Source: Myxococcales bacterium (GTDB taxonomy: Bacteria; Myxococcota_A; UBA9042; JABWCM01; BTVJ01). From it: a DNA stretch of 13,917 nucleotides. Below the pieces are notes generated by a model, which was given only the letters and a program-made list of their open reading frames with translations, ran no database searches and was not told where the DNA came from. Both the position numbers and the translations under genes were made by a program. The DNA lies in the NCBI GenBank assembly GCA_045863395.1, contig BTVJ01000135.1:1-13917 (forward strand), given 5' to 3'. Numbering within the stretch: position 1 is the first letter of the stretch; each line of letters opens with the position of its first letter. Positions 1-7,288 of the stretch are shown piece by piece.

Positions 1-113
1 CTGGCAGCCTGGCGAGACCTTGGAAGGACAAGGCCCTGCCTGCGGCCTCGCCAGATTGCCAGCGGGGCGCATCGGGCCCCTCGATGGATCAGGTTGTTAT
101 GCACCGGCGCCTA
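1..113. mobile_element. Partial palindromic MITE-like repeat (centre + right arm), ending ...GGCGCC|TA
   Basis: Internal stem CTGGCAgcCTGGCGAG (1-16) / CTCGCCAGatTGCCAG (47-62) encloses a CCTTG/CAAGG hairpin. The reverse complement of 90-113 (TAGGCGCCGGTGCATAACAACCTG) matches 13858-13881 at 22/24. Non-coding, and ends in TA (112-113). Confidence 0.7.
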
Positions 114-175
114 ATGTGAAGTAGAGCTGACGGACGGGCGAGGGCGGATCGTCGCTCCCGGCCCGGTCCCCGCAG

Positions 176-1960
176 TCAGCCCAGCGCCCGCGCCACCGCG
201 CCCGCGACCTGCTCCCGGTCGTAGGGCTTGCGCAGGAAGCCGAGCACTCCCTCCATCGGGAAGGCGTCCAGGTCCGTCTGGCGCAGGTAGCCCGAGCACA
301 GGACGACCCGCACGTTCGGGTTGAGGCACCGCATGGCGTTGAGGGTCTCGCGGCCCCCCATGCGCGGCATGACCACGTCCAGGAGGACCAGGTCGATGGA
401 TCGCCACCGCATGTCGTAGATGTCCATCGCCTCGACGCCATCCTCGGCCAGCAGGATCTCGTAGCCCAGCTCTCCGAGGATGTCGGTCATCAGCTCCAGC
501 AGGACGGGCTCGTCGTCCACGACCAGGATGGTGCCGGTGCCGGAGCGGAGGATGGGGCTCCGCGGAGTCGCGGGGTCCGGGAGGCGGTCGCTCGCAGGGA
601 GCCAGATCTCCACCACGGTGCCGTGCCCTGGCGTCGAGCGCACGTCCATGGCGCCGCCGTGGGACTCGACGATGCGGTAGGTGATCGCGAGCCCGAGCCC
701 CGTCCCCTGGCCTGGCGGCTTCGTCGTGAAGAAGGGGTCGAAGGCGCGGCGGAGCACGGCGTCCTCCATGCCGTGGCCCGTGTCCTCCACGCGCAGGGTG
801 ACCCACCGCTTCGCCGGCGCGCCCGCGAGGCAGGCAGGCGGCTCGGTGGTGGCCCCGACGGCCAGCCGCAGCTCGCCGCCGCCCGTCATGGCGTCCCGCG
901 CGTTGGAGCACACGTTGAGCAGCGCCTGCTGGAGCTGCGTGCGGTTGGCCTCGACGCGGGTGTCCAGGTCACCGCGCTCCACGCGCACGCGCACGTTCGC
1001 GGGCATGGTGCGGTCCAGCAGCGAGCCCAGCTCCCGGAGGAGCTGCCCCGCGTCGATGACCTTGCGCTCGGGCTCCGTATCGCGGCTGAACGCCATGAGC
1101 TGCTGGGTCAGCTCGGCGGCTCGGTGCGCGGACTCCTCCACCCGCGTCACGTGGCGCTGGAGCGTGTCGGCGGCGGGGATGCGGGACCGGAGCAGGCTCG
1201 CGTGTCCCAAGATGCCGGAGAGCAGGTTGTTGAACTCGTGGGCAATGCCGCCGGCGAGGGTGCCGAGGCTCTCCATCTTCTGCGCGCGGACGAGCTGCTC
1301 GCCGAGCTCCGCCTCCTCCGTCACGTCCTCCGTCAGGATCATGGCGCCCTTGAGCGCGCCGGACCCGTCGCACAGCGGAACGCCGCGAACGTTGAGCCGC
1401 AGGACCCGGTTCGAGTAGGGCGACGTCAGCGTGTAGTCCCGGAGGTCGAAGGGCTCGCCGCGGAGCAGCCCCTCGAGGCGCCCTCTCACCTTGGGCTCCT
1501 GCGCGGTCGGCAGGTCTCGAACCGAGTCGCCGAGGCGTGGGTAGGGCGCCGCGGGATCCAGACCCATCATGCGAAGGTGGGCGGCGTTCGCGTCTACGAC
1601 GCGCCCCTCGGCGTCCAACACCAGGATGGCGACGGGCGCCTCCTCGAAGACCACGCGCGCGCGCTCGGAGCCATCAGGGGAAGAGGGGTCGTGCCCAGCC
1701 GCAGGCGGAGCGGCGAGGGCGAGGGCCAGCAGCTCGTCATCGAGCGCGGGGCGGAGGCGGCCGTCGCCGTCCGCCTCTCGGAAGGCCGCAGCGACGGCTG
1801 GCAGGGAGCCTTGGGCGACTACCGGGGTCGGGCCCTCCGGCACCTCGCCGCGCAGCCGACGCTCGATGCGCGACGCCAGCTCCGGTGCGCCGGGCACTCT
1901 GCGTGCCACGGCGGCCCCAACCGCCTGAGCCGCCTCTCGAACCCATGCCTGGTGGTCCAT
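176..1960 (-). CDS. Cytoplasmic hybrid sensor histidine kinase/response regulator (PAS-HisKA-HATPase_c-REC), 594 aa
   Basis: PAS region (VFEEAPVAILVLDAEGRVVDAN), H-box AQKMESLGTLAGGIAHEFNNLL, N-box QALLNVCSNARDAM, G1 DTGHGM, F/G2 FDPFFTTK..GTGLGL, receiver ILVVDDE..LLDVVMP..FLRKP. GGAGG lies 5 nt upstream of the ATG. No obvious TM helix. Confidence 0.93.
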   Translation of the reverse strand: MDHQAWVREAAQAVGAAVARRVPGAPELASRIERRLRGEVPEGPTPVVAQGSLPAVAAAFREADGDGRLRPALDDELLALALAAPPAAGHDPSSPDGSERARVVFEEAPVAILVLDAEGRVVDANAAHLRMMGLDPAAPYPRLGDSVRDLPTAQEPKVRGRLEGLLRGEPFDLRDYTLTSPYSNRVLRLNVRGVPLCDGSGALKGAMILTEDVTEEAELGEQLVRAQKMESLGTLAGGIAHEFNNLLSGILGHASLLRSRIPAADTLQRHVTRVEESAHRAAELTQQLMAFSRDTEPERKVIDAGQLLRELGSLLDRTMPANVRVRVERGDLDTRVEANRTQLQQALLNVCSNARDAMTGGGELRLAVGATTEPPACLAGAPAKRWVTLRVEDTGHGMEDAVLRRAFDPFFTTKPPGQGTGLGLAITYRIVESHGGAMDVRSTPGHGTVVEIWLPASDRLPDPATPRSPILRSGTGTILVVDDEPVLLELMTDILGELGYEILLAEDGVEAMDIYDMRWRSIDLVLLDVVMPRMGGRETLNAMRCLNPNVRVVLCSGYLRQTDLDAFPMEGVLGFLRKPYDREQVAGAVARALG

Positions 1961-1991
1961 GTCACCCTCCCGTGCGGTGGCCCGAGGTAGC

Positions 1992-2801
1992 TCAGGCGTC
2001 GCCGGCCGCCCGTGCCCCGTCCAGGGCGCGCCTCAGCCCGGTCAGGAACCGACGTACTTCGCGGATCATGCCCTCGGGGTCCCCCCCATGCGTCTCGATG
2101 AGGCGGACGAGCGCGCTCCCCACGACCACCCCGTCGGCGTGGGCGCCGACCGCGGCAGCTTGCTCCGGGGTCGCGATGCCGAAGCCGACGGCCACCGGCA
2201 GCCCCAGGCGGGCCCGGAGGGCGGTGACCCGCGCGCCGAGGTCCGTCGTGTCCCCCAGCGCCGCGCCGGTCACGCCCGTCAGCGAGACGTAGTACACGAA
2301 CCCGCCTGCCACCCTCTGCACGGCGTCGACGCGGTCGTCGCCGCTGGTCGGGGTCAGCAGGGAGATCAAGTCCAGGCCCTGCGCTGCCAGGGAGGCTCGC
2401 AGCGGGCCCGCCTCTTCGGGCGGCAGGTCCACGACGAGGAGCCCGTCCACCCCCGCCTCGGCGCAGCGCCGCGCGAGCTGGTCCCCGTAGTGGTGGAACG
2501 GGTTGTAGTACCCGAACAGGATCACCGGCGTGTCGTGGCGCAGGCGGAAGGTGGCGACCAGGTCGAGGATGTCGTCGAGGGAGATGCCGTGCCGCAGCGC
2601 TCTCTCGGCTGCGCGCTGGATGACCGGGCCATCCGCCATGGGGTCGCTGAACGGGACGCCGAGCTCGATCAGGTCGGCCCCTGCCTCTGCGAGCGCCTCC
2701 AGCAGGTGAGCCGTGGCCCCCGGGTCCGGATCGCCTGCCGTCAGGTAGGGGATCAGCGCCGGCCGGGTCAGGCGGGCGAAGGTCTGCGGGACTCGGCTCA
2801 C
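1992..2801 (-). CDS. trpA: Tryptophan synthase alpha chain
   Basis: Motifs LIPYLTAGDP, IELGVPFSDPMADGPVIQ, YYVSLTGVTG, VAVGFGI, DGVVVGSA. Start placed at GTG 2801 (MSRVPQTF, a typical TrpA N-terminus); the ORF track start at 2843 is probably an overextension. Confidence 0.95.
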   Translation of the reverse strand: MSRVPQTFARLTRPALIPYLTAGDPDPGATAHLLEALAEAGADLIELGVPFSDPMADGPVIQRAAERALRHGISLDDILDLVATFRLRHDTPVILFGYYNPFHHYGDQLARRCAEAGVDGLLVVDLPPEEAGPLRASLAAQGLDLISLLTPTSGDDRVDAVQRVAGGFVYYVSLTGVTGAALGDTTDLGARVTALRARLGLPVAVGFGIATPEQAAAVGAHADGVVVGSALVRLIETHGGDPEGMIREVRRFLTGLRRALDGARAAGDA

Positions 2802-2833
2802 GGCGCGCCTGGGTTCGAGGAAGGCTCCCGATG

Positions 2834-2863
2834 GTCGTAGCACGGAACCGCGCGCCCGGACAA
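2834..2863 (-). promoter_or_regulatory. Candidate sigma70-type promoter for trpA (TTGTCC-N18-TACGAC with TG extension)
   Basis: Minus strand reads TTGTCC gggcgcgcggttcc GTGCTA cgac, with the same spacing as the divergent promoter at 2908. The -10 element is imperfect. Confidence 0.3.
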
Positions 2864-2907
2864 GCGCGGGCGCGCCGGCACAGCGCGCCGTGCCGCTCGG
2901 GCGGCCG

Positions 2908-2937
2908 TTGACATGCGCGGAAGCCGCGTGCTAATCG
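2908..2937 (+). promoter_or_regulatory. Candidate sigma70-type promoter for the SCP2-racemase operon
   Basis: Perfect TTGACA (2908-2913), then TGCTAAT (2929-2935), an AT-rich -10-like element in GC-rich DNA about 55 nt upstream of the SCP2 start. Confidence 0.55.
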
Positions 2938-2988
2938 TCCGCGGGCGCCGCTGGCGCGCCGGACGAACCCGACACCAGGAGCATGCTC

Positions 2989-3318
2989 ATGGCTCTCACG
3001 CCCCAGGAGATCTTCGAGGACCAGATCGCCACACGCCTCGAGGACGACCCCGACAAGGCCGCGTCGATCAACGCCGTGTACCAGTTCAACGTCTCCGGCC
3101 CGAACGGCGGCACGTGGACCGTGGACTGCAAGGAGGCCGATGTCTACGCCGGCGACGCCGACGACACGCCCGACTGCACGATCTTCGTCTCCGACGACGA
3201 CTTCGTGGGCATCGTGGACGGCTCCCTCAACGCCATGCAGGCCTTCATGGAGGGCAAGCTCCGCGTCGAGGGCGACATGTCCCTGGCCCTCAAGCTCCAG
3301 GAAGTCCTCAGCGACTAG
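2989..3318 (+). CDS. SCP2 sterol/lipid-binding domain protein (~109 aa)
   Basis: AVYQFNVSGPNGGTWTVD...PDCTIFVSDDDFVGIVDGSLNAMQAFMEGKLRVEGDMSLALKL is the SCP2 signature. AGGAG (2977-2981) is 7 nt before ATG 2989; ATG 2983 is too close to it. Confidence 0.9.
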   Translation: MALTPQEIFEDQIATRLEDDPDKAASINAVYQFNVSGPNGGTWTVDCKEADVYAGDADDTPDCTIFVSDDDFVGIVDGSLNAMQAFMEGKLRVEGDMSLALKLQEVLSD

Positions 3319-3338
3319 GACGCCCGAGGGGACACCCC

Positions 3339-4547
3339 ATGACCAGCCCCGGTGCCCGCCCCTTGGTGGGCGTCCGCGTCATCGACCTGACCCGCCTGCT
3401 GCCCGGCCCCTACTGCACGCTGCTGCTCGCCGATCTGGGCGCCGACGTCGTCAAGGTGGAGGACCCGGGGTCCAGTGACTTCGTGCGCTGGGTCCCGCCT
3501 CTGGTCGGAGCACACAAGCAGATGGGCGCCGCCTGGGTGGCGCTCCACCGCGGCAAGCGGAGCCTCTGCCTGTCCACGCGGGTTCCCGGGGGGCGCGATG
3601 CCCTGCTGCGGCTCGTGGAGACGGCGGACGTGCTCGTCGAGGGCTTTCGCCCTGGCGCCCTGGCGCGCGCCGGCCTCGGCGTGGACGTGCTCCACGAGCG
3701 CAACCCCCGGCTCGTGGTGTGCTCCATCAGCGGGTACGGCCAGGAGGGCCCCTACAGTGACCGCGCCGGCCACGACATCGACTATCTGGCCCTGTCCGGG
3801 CTGCTCGGGCAGACGGGCGCCGCGTCGGACCACCCGGGGCCCCTCGGGTTCCAGGTGGGGGACATCGGCGGCGCGCTGATGGCTGCGCTGCGCATCGTCG
3901 CCGCGCTGCACGAGCAGCGCCGCACCGGCCGCGGTGCCTGGCTCGACGTGTCCATGACCGAGGGAGGGCAGCCCTTCTTGGCCCTGTCATTGGCAGGGGC
4001 GGTCGCCGGCGCAAAGTCGCCGCCGCGAGGGCGGGACCAGCTCAGCGGGGGCCTCGCGTGCTACGCGGTCTACGAGACGGCCGACGGCGGCCACATGGCG
4101 CTCGGGGCGCTGGAGCCCAAGTTCTGGGCGGCGTTCTGCGCGGCCGTCGGGCGCCCGGAGTGGACGCCCCGCCAGTACGAGGGGGCCGGCCGCCCCGAGT
4201 CGTCGCCCATCGCCGCAGAGGTGCGGGCCCTGTTCCGGTCGCGGTCGCGGGCGGACTGGGAGGCGCTGTTCTCGGCCCACGACTGCTGCTGCGAGCCTGT
4301 CCTGGGGGTGGATGAGGTCCTGGCCCACCCGGCCAACGCCGCGCGCCAGCCGGAGCTGTCGCTGGAGCACCCGAGGGAGGGGGCCCTCAGGGCCACTCGG
4401 TCGCCGGTGTTGGACCCGCACCACGCGGGGGAGGCTGGCGCTCCGCCGCTGCTCGGGGAGCACACCCGCGAAGTCTTGCGCGAGGCGGGCCTCGACGACG
4501 ACGCCATCGACGCGCTGATCGAAGGCGGCGTGGCGAGACAAGGCTGA
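3339..4547 (+). CDS. CaiB/BaiF family III CoA-transferase, alpha-methylacyl-CoA racemase-like (402 aa)
   Basis: PLVGVRVIDLTRLLPGPYCTLLLADLGADVVKVEDP, HRGKRSL, ADVLVEGFRPG, NPRLVVCSISGYGQEGPY, AGHDIDY, GDIGG, GALEPKFW, PLLGEHT. ATG 3339 follows GAGGGG. The N-terminal part of the 2913 ORF overlaps SCP2 out of frame and is spurious. Confidence 0.92.
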   Translation: MTSPGARPLVGVRVIDLTRLLPGPYCTLLLADLGADVVKVEDPGSSDFVRWVPPLVGAHKQMGAAWVALHRGKRSLCLSTRVPGGRDALLRLVETADVLVEGFRPGALARAGLGVDVLHERNPRLVVCSISGYGQEGPYSDRAGHDIDYLALSGLLGQTGAASDHPGPLGFQVGDIGGALMAALRIVAALHEQRRTGRGAWLDVSMTEGGQPFLALSLAGAVAGAKSPPRGRDQLSGGLACYAVYETADGGHMALGALEPKFWAAFCAAVGRPEWTPRQYEGAGRPESSPIAAEVRALFRSRSRADWEALFSAHDCCCEPVLGVDEVLAHPANAARQPELSLEHPREGALRATRSPVLDPHHAGEAGAPPLLGEHTREVLREAGLDDDAIDALIEGGVARQG

Positions 4548-4548
4548 C

Positions 4549-5400
4549 TCAGGGCGCGTCCAGCGCCGCGGACACGGCCGCGAGCGCCTCGGGCGGTGTG
4601 CCTCCTTGCGCTGCAACCTGCACGATGCGCTCGGAGAGGGCCCGGTACAGGGGCAGGACGCCCGGTGCGGCCCCGAGGGCGGCGACGTGGGCGGCCACGG
4701 TGGCTGCGTCGCCTCGGCTGGCAGGCCCGGTCAGCGCCCCGGGGAGGCCGGTGGCGCGCAGGTTCCCGAGGGTGCCCTCCATGAGCGGGAGCAGCGCCTC
4801 GAGGGCCCGGTCCCTGTCGACACCGGCGGACACGAGCGCCTCTACGGCGGCATCGGCCAGGGCGACCAGCGCGTTCGATGCCAGGACCGCCGCAGCGTGA
4901 TAAAGCGGCTTCGCGCACGCCGTGATCACCATGAGCTCCTTCCCCAGAGGCGCCAGGAGCTCGCGCGCCGCCGCGACGCCCGCCGACTCACCCTCCGCGG
5001 TGAAGGTGGCGGCTCGGAGCGGCCCGGTGCGTGCGTCCCGAGCAAGGCTCTGGAGGGGGTGCAGCGAGACGACGGCCCGAACTCCCGGAGCCCCCTGGCG
5101 CAGGATGTGCGCAGGCTCGGCGCCGGAGGCGTGCGCCAGCACCACACGGTCCGAGAGGGCCCCAGAGGTCCAGAGGGACCGGGCCGTGTCCTCGAGGGCG
5201 CGATCCGGTACCGTGAGCCACACCCAGTCGACAGACGGCGGGATGTTCGCGCCGACATGCACCGGCACTTCCGCGAGGGCAGCCATGGGCGCGCTCGCGG
5301 CGCTGCGGCAGCAGAGGCCCAGCACGTCGTGCCCCGCCTCCGCGCACAGCCGGGCGAGGGCGGTGCCGGCTCGGCCTGCGCCAACGACATAGATCCTCAT
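4549..5400 (-). CDS. Rossmann-like + DUF2520 domain protein (PanG-like putative ketopantoate reductase/oxidoreductase), 283 aa
   Basis: MRIYVVGAGRAG dinucleotide-binding start, LTVPD, HASGA, LHPLQS, LYHAAAVLASN, ALTGPASRGD. Its ATG overlaps the nadD TGA (ATGA, 5400-5397). Confidence 0.87.
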   Translation of the reverse strand: MRIYVVGAGRAGTALARLCAEAGHDVLGLCCRSAASAPMAALAEVPVHVGANIPPSVDWVWLTVPDRALEDTARSLWTSGALSDRVVLAHASGAEPAHILRQGAPGVRAVVSLHPLQSLARDARTGPLRAATFTAEGESAGVAAARELLAPLGKELMVITACAKPLYHAAAVLASNALVALADAAVEALVSAGVDRDRALEALLPLMEGTLGNLRATGLPGALTGPASRGDAATVAAHVAALGAAPGVLPLYRALSERIVQVAAQGGTPPEALAAVSAALDAP

Positions 5401-5975
5401 GCACCTGCTCCCACGGGCCCCTGGTACAGCCCGTTCTCGATCACATAGGCCCACACGCCGCGCGGGACCAGCCCGTCCGCCCTCTGGCCTGCCGAGAGTC
5501 GTCGCCGAATGTCGCGGCTGCTCACGTCCGGCAGCGGCGGCGACGCCACATACCCGTCGGGGGTCGGGGCACCTGCGCGGCCAATGACCACCAGCGGGAC
5601 TGTCCGCTCCAGGCGGTCGAAGTCCTTCCACTGGTGTCGCTCGGCCAGCAGGTCCGTGCCCACGACGAGCGAGAAGGCGATGGCCGGGTGCTCCGCCCGG
5701 AGGTGGTCCACCGTGTCGATGGTGCGGCTCGTCCCCGGGAGGCGGTGCTCGACATCGCACACGAGCACCCGCGCCCCGAAGGGCTCCATGGCCAGCTCGC
5801 ACATGCGGTGGCGGTGGGCGTAGTCGGCCAGGTGCCGCCCCTTGGCGAAGGCGTGGCGGCCGACGGGCATGACCCACACGGCGTCCACGGGCTGCGTCGA
5901 GAGGACGTAGGCCACCGTCATCACGTGGCACACGTGGGGCGGGTTGAAGCTCCCGCCGTAGAGCGCGACCCTCAT
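5397..5975 (-). CDS. nadD: Nicotinate-nucleotide adenylyltransferase
   Basis: MRVALYGGSFNPPHVCH, HRHRMCELA, SRTIDTV, LVVGTD..WK, VSSRDIRRR, YVIENGLY. ATGA overlap with the namZ stop. Confidence 0.9.
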   Translation of the reverse strand: MRVALYGGSFNPPHVCHVMTVAYVLSTQPVDAVWVMPVGRHAFAKGRHLADYAHRHRMCELAMEPFGARVLVCDVEHRLPGTSRTIDTVDHLRAEHPAIAFSLVVGTDLLAERHQWKDFDRLERTVPLVVIGRAGAPTPDGYVASPPLPDVSSRDIRRRLSAGQRADGLVPRGVWAYVIENGLYQGPVGAGA

Positions 5976-7150
5976 GGCGCCTCGGGGTACAGGAGGTGCG
6001 GGCGGCGGCGATCCAGGAAGGACTGACGGTCCGGCTCCATCTCTGCCACCAGGTCATCCACCGTGGCGCCTGCCTCGATGAGCGCTCGAAGGCGGCTCGT
6101 GCCCAGCAGGAGGTCGATGGCCGGCCGGTCCCCCACGAACTCGTAGGCCTCGCGGCGCCAGGCGAAGTGCTCGGGCCAGAGGCGCCGGGCGGCGACCAGC
6201 ACGGCCAGGCCCGCCTGGACGGGGGCGAAGGCGCCTCGATCCGTGACGTGGAGCTGCACGCCGCCGCAGAGCGCCCCGGCGTGCTTCTGGAACGTGGGCC
6301 GGAACCACAGGGGGCGGGGTACGCAGCCGGGGAGGTCCCGGAGAGCGTCGGCGAGCGCCGGCGGCTCGATCCAGGGGGCGCCGAAGACCTCGAAGGGCAG
6401 GGTGGTGCCCCGCCCCTCGGACAGGTTGGTGCCCTCCAGCAGGCACAGGCCCGGGTAGACCAGCGCCGTCGAAGGCCGCGGCATGTTGGGTGAGGGGTTC
6501 ACCCACGGGACGCCGGTGTCGTCGAAGTGCATCCCGCGTCGCCACCCGAGCATGGGCACGATCTCCAGCTCCACGTCGATGTGGCGCTCCTCTCGAAACA
6601 GGAGCGCCAGCTCGCCGGCGGTCATGCCGTGACGGGTCGCGAGGGGGTGCATGCCCACGAAGGACGAGAACCCCTCGTGGACCACGTTGCCCTCCACTGC
6701 CAGGCCGCCGATGGGGTTCGGGCGGTCGAGGACGACCATGTCGATGCGAGCATCGGCGCACGCCTCCATGGCGAGCATCATCGTGTAGACGAATGTGTAG
6801 TAGCGGCTCCCTACGTCCTGGACGTCGTAGACCAGCACGTCGATGTCCGTGAGCATCTCGGGGGTGGGGCGCAGGCTCGCCGCCGTGTGGCCGTAGAGGC
6901 TGTGCGCCGGCAGGCCCGTCAGCGGGTCGCGTGCGCTCTCCACGCCGGCCATGTCCTGCTCCGTCCCCCACACCCCGTGTTCGGGCCCGAACAGGGTCGT
7001 CACGTTGACCCCGAGGCGAGGCAAGGCGAGGGCCAGGTGATCGAGGGCCGACGTCACGCTGGTCGGGTTTACGAGGAGCCCGACCCGTCGCCCCGCCAGC
7101 ACCCCTCGGCGTTCGTCCAGGACGCGGTCGGCCCCCGTGCGCACGTTCAT
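5972..7150 (-). CDS. namZ: Exo-beta-N-acetylmuramidase NamZ family (DUF1343), 392 aa
   Basis: RVGLLVNPTS, LFGPEHG, SLYG, YDVQDVGSRYYTF, VLDRPNPIGG, RHGMTAGELA, WVNPSPNMP, LEGTNLSEGRGTTLPFE. AGGAGG (7160-7155) lies upstream of ATG 7150. The extension to 7855 is an antisense shadow of the Uma2 gene. Confidence 0.9.
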   Translation of the reverse strand: MNVRTGADRVLDERRGVLAGRRVGLLVNPTSVTSALDHLALALPRLGVNVTTLFGPEHGVWGTEQDMAGVESARDPLTGLPAHSLYGHTAASLRPTPEMLTDIDVLVYDVQDVGSRYYTFVYTMMLAMEACADARIDMVVLDRPNPIGGLAVEGNVVHEGFSSFVGMHPLATRHGMTAGELALLFREERHIDVELEIVPMLGWRRGMHFDDTGVPWVNPSPNMPRPSTALVYPGLCLLEGTNLSEGRGTTLPFEVFGAPWIEPPALADALRDLPGCVPRPLWFRPTFQKHAGALCGGVQLHVTDRGAFAPVQAGLAVLVAARRLWPEHFAWRREAYEFVGDRPAIDLLLGTSRLRALIEAGATVDDLVAEMEPDRQSFLDRRRPHLLYPEAP

Positions 7151-7253
7151 CTCGCCTCCTCTGCGTGGCAGTCGGTGCGATCCTATGCACACGGGGCGTG
7201 GGCGCAAGTCCATCGAAGACTTCCGTGTGCCGTGCCTCGCCCCCTGCGTGGGC

Positions 7254-7282
7254 TTGACCCCCTCGTGGCCGGTGGGTAGGTT
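7254..7282 (+). promoter_or_regulatory. Candidate sigma70 promoter TTGACC-N17-TAGGTT (probably leaderless transcript)
   Basis: -35 at 7254-7259, exact 17-nt spacer, TAnnnT at 7277-7282, and only 6 nt between the -10 and the ATG at 7289. Confidence 0.55.
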
Positions 7283-7288
7283 CGGAGC

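Noticed and set aside
95..102. Integron attC site (GTTATGC core here; GCACAAC at 13869-13875)
   Set aside because: Complementarity continues through the would-be unpaired spacer (AACCT/AGGTT) and 11 nt beyond the cores to TAG/CTA. There is no integrase or cassette-like gene organisation. A TIR element fits better.
2913..3338. N-terminal extension of the CoA-transferase, or SCP2-racemase fusion by frameshift
   Set aside because: SCP2 has its own SD and TAG, the racemase has its own SD/ATG at 3339, and no slippery site is evident.
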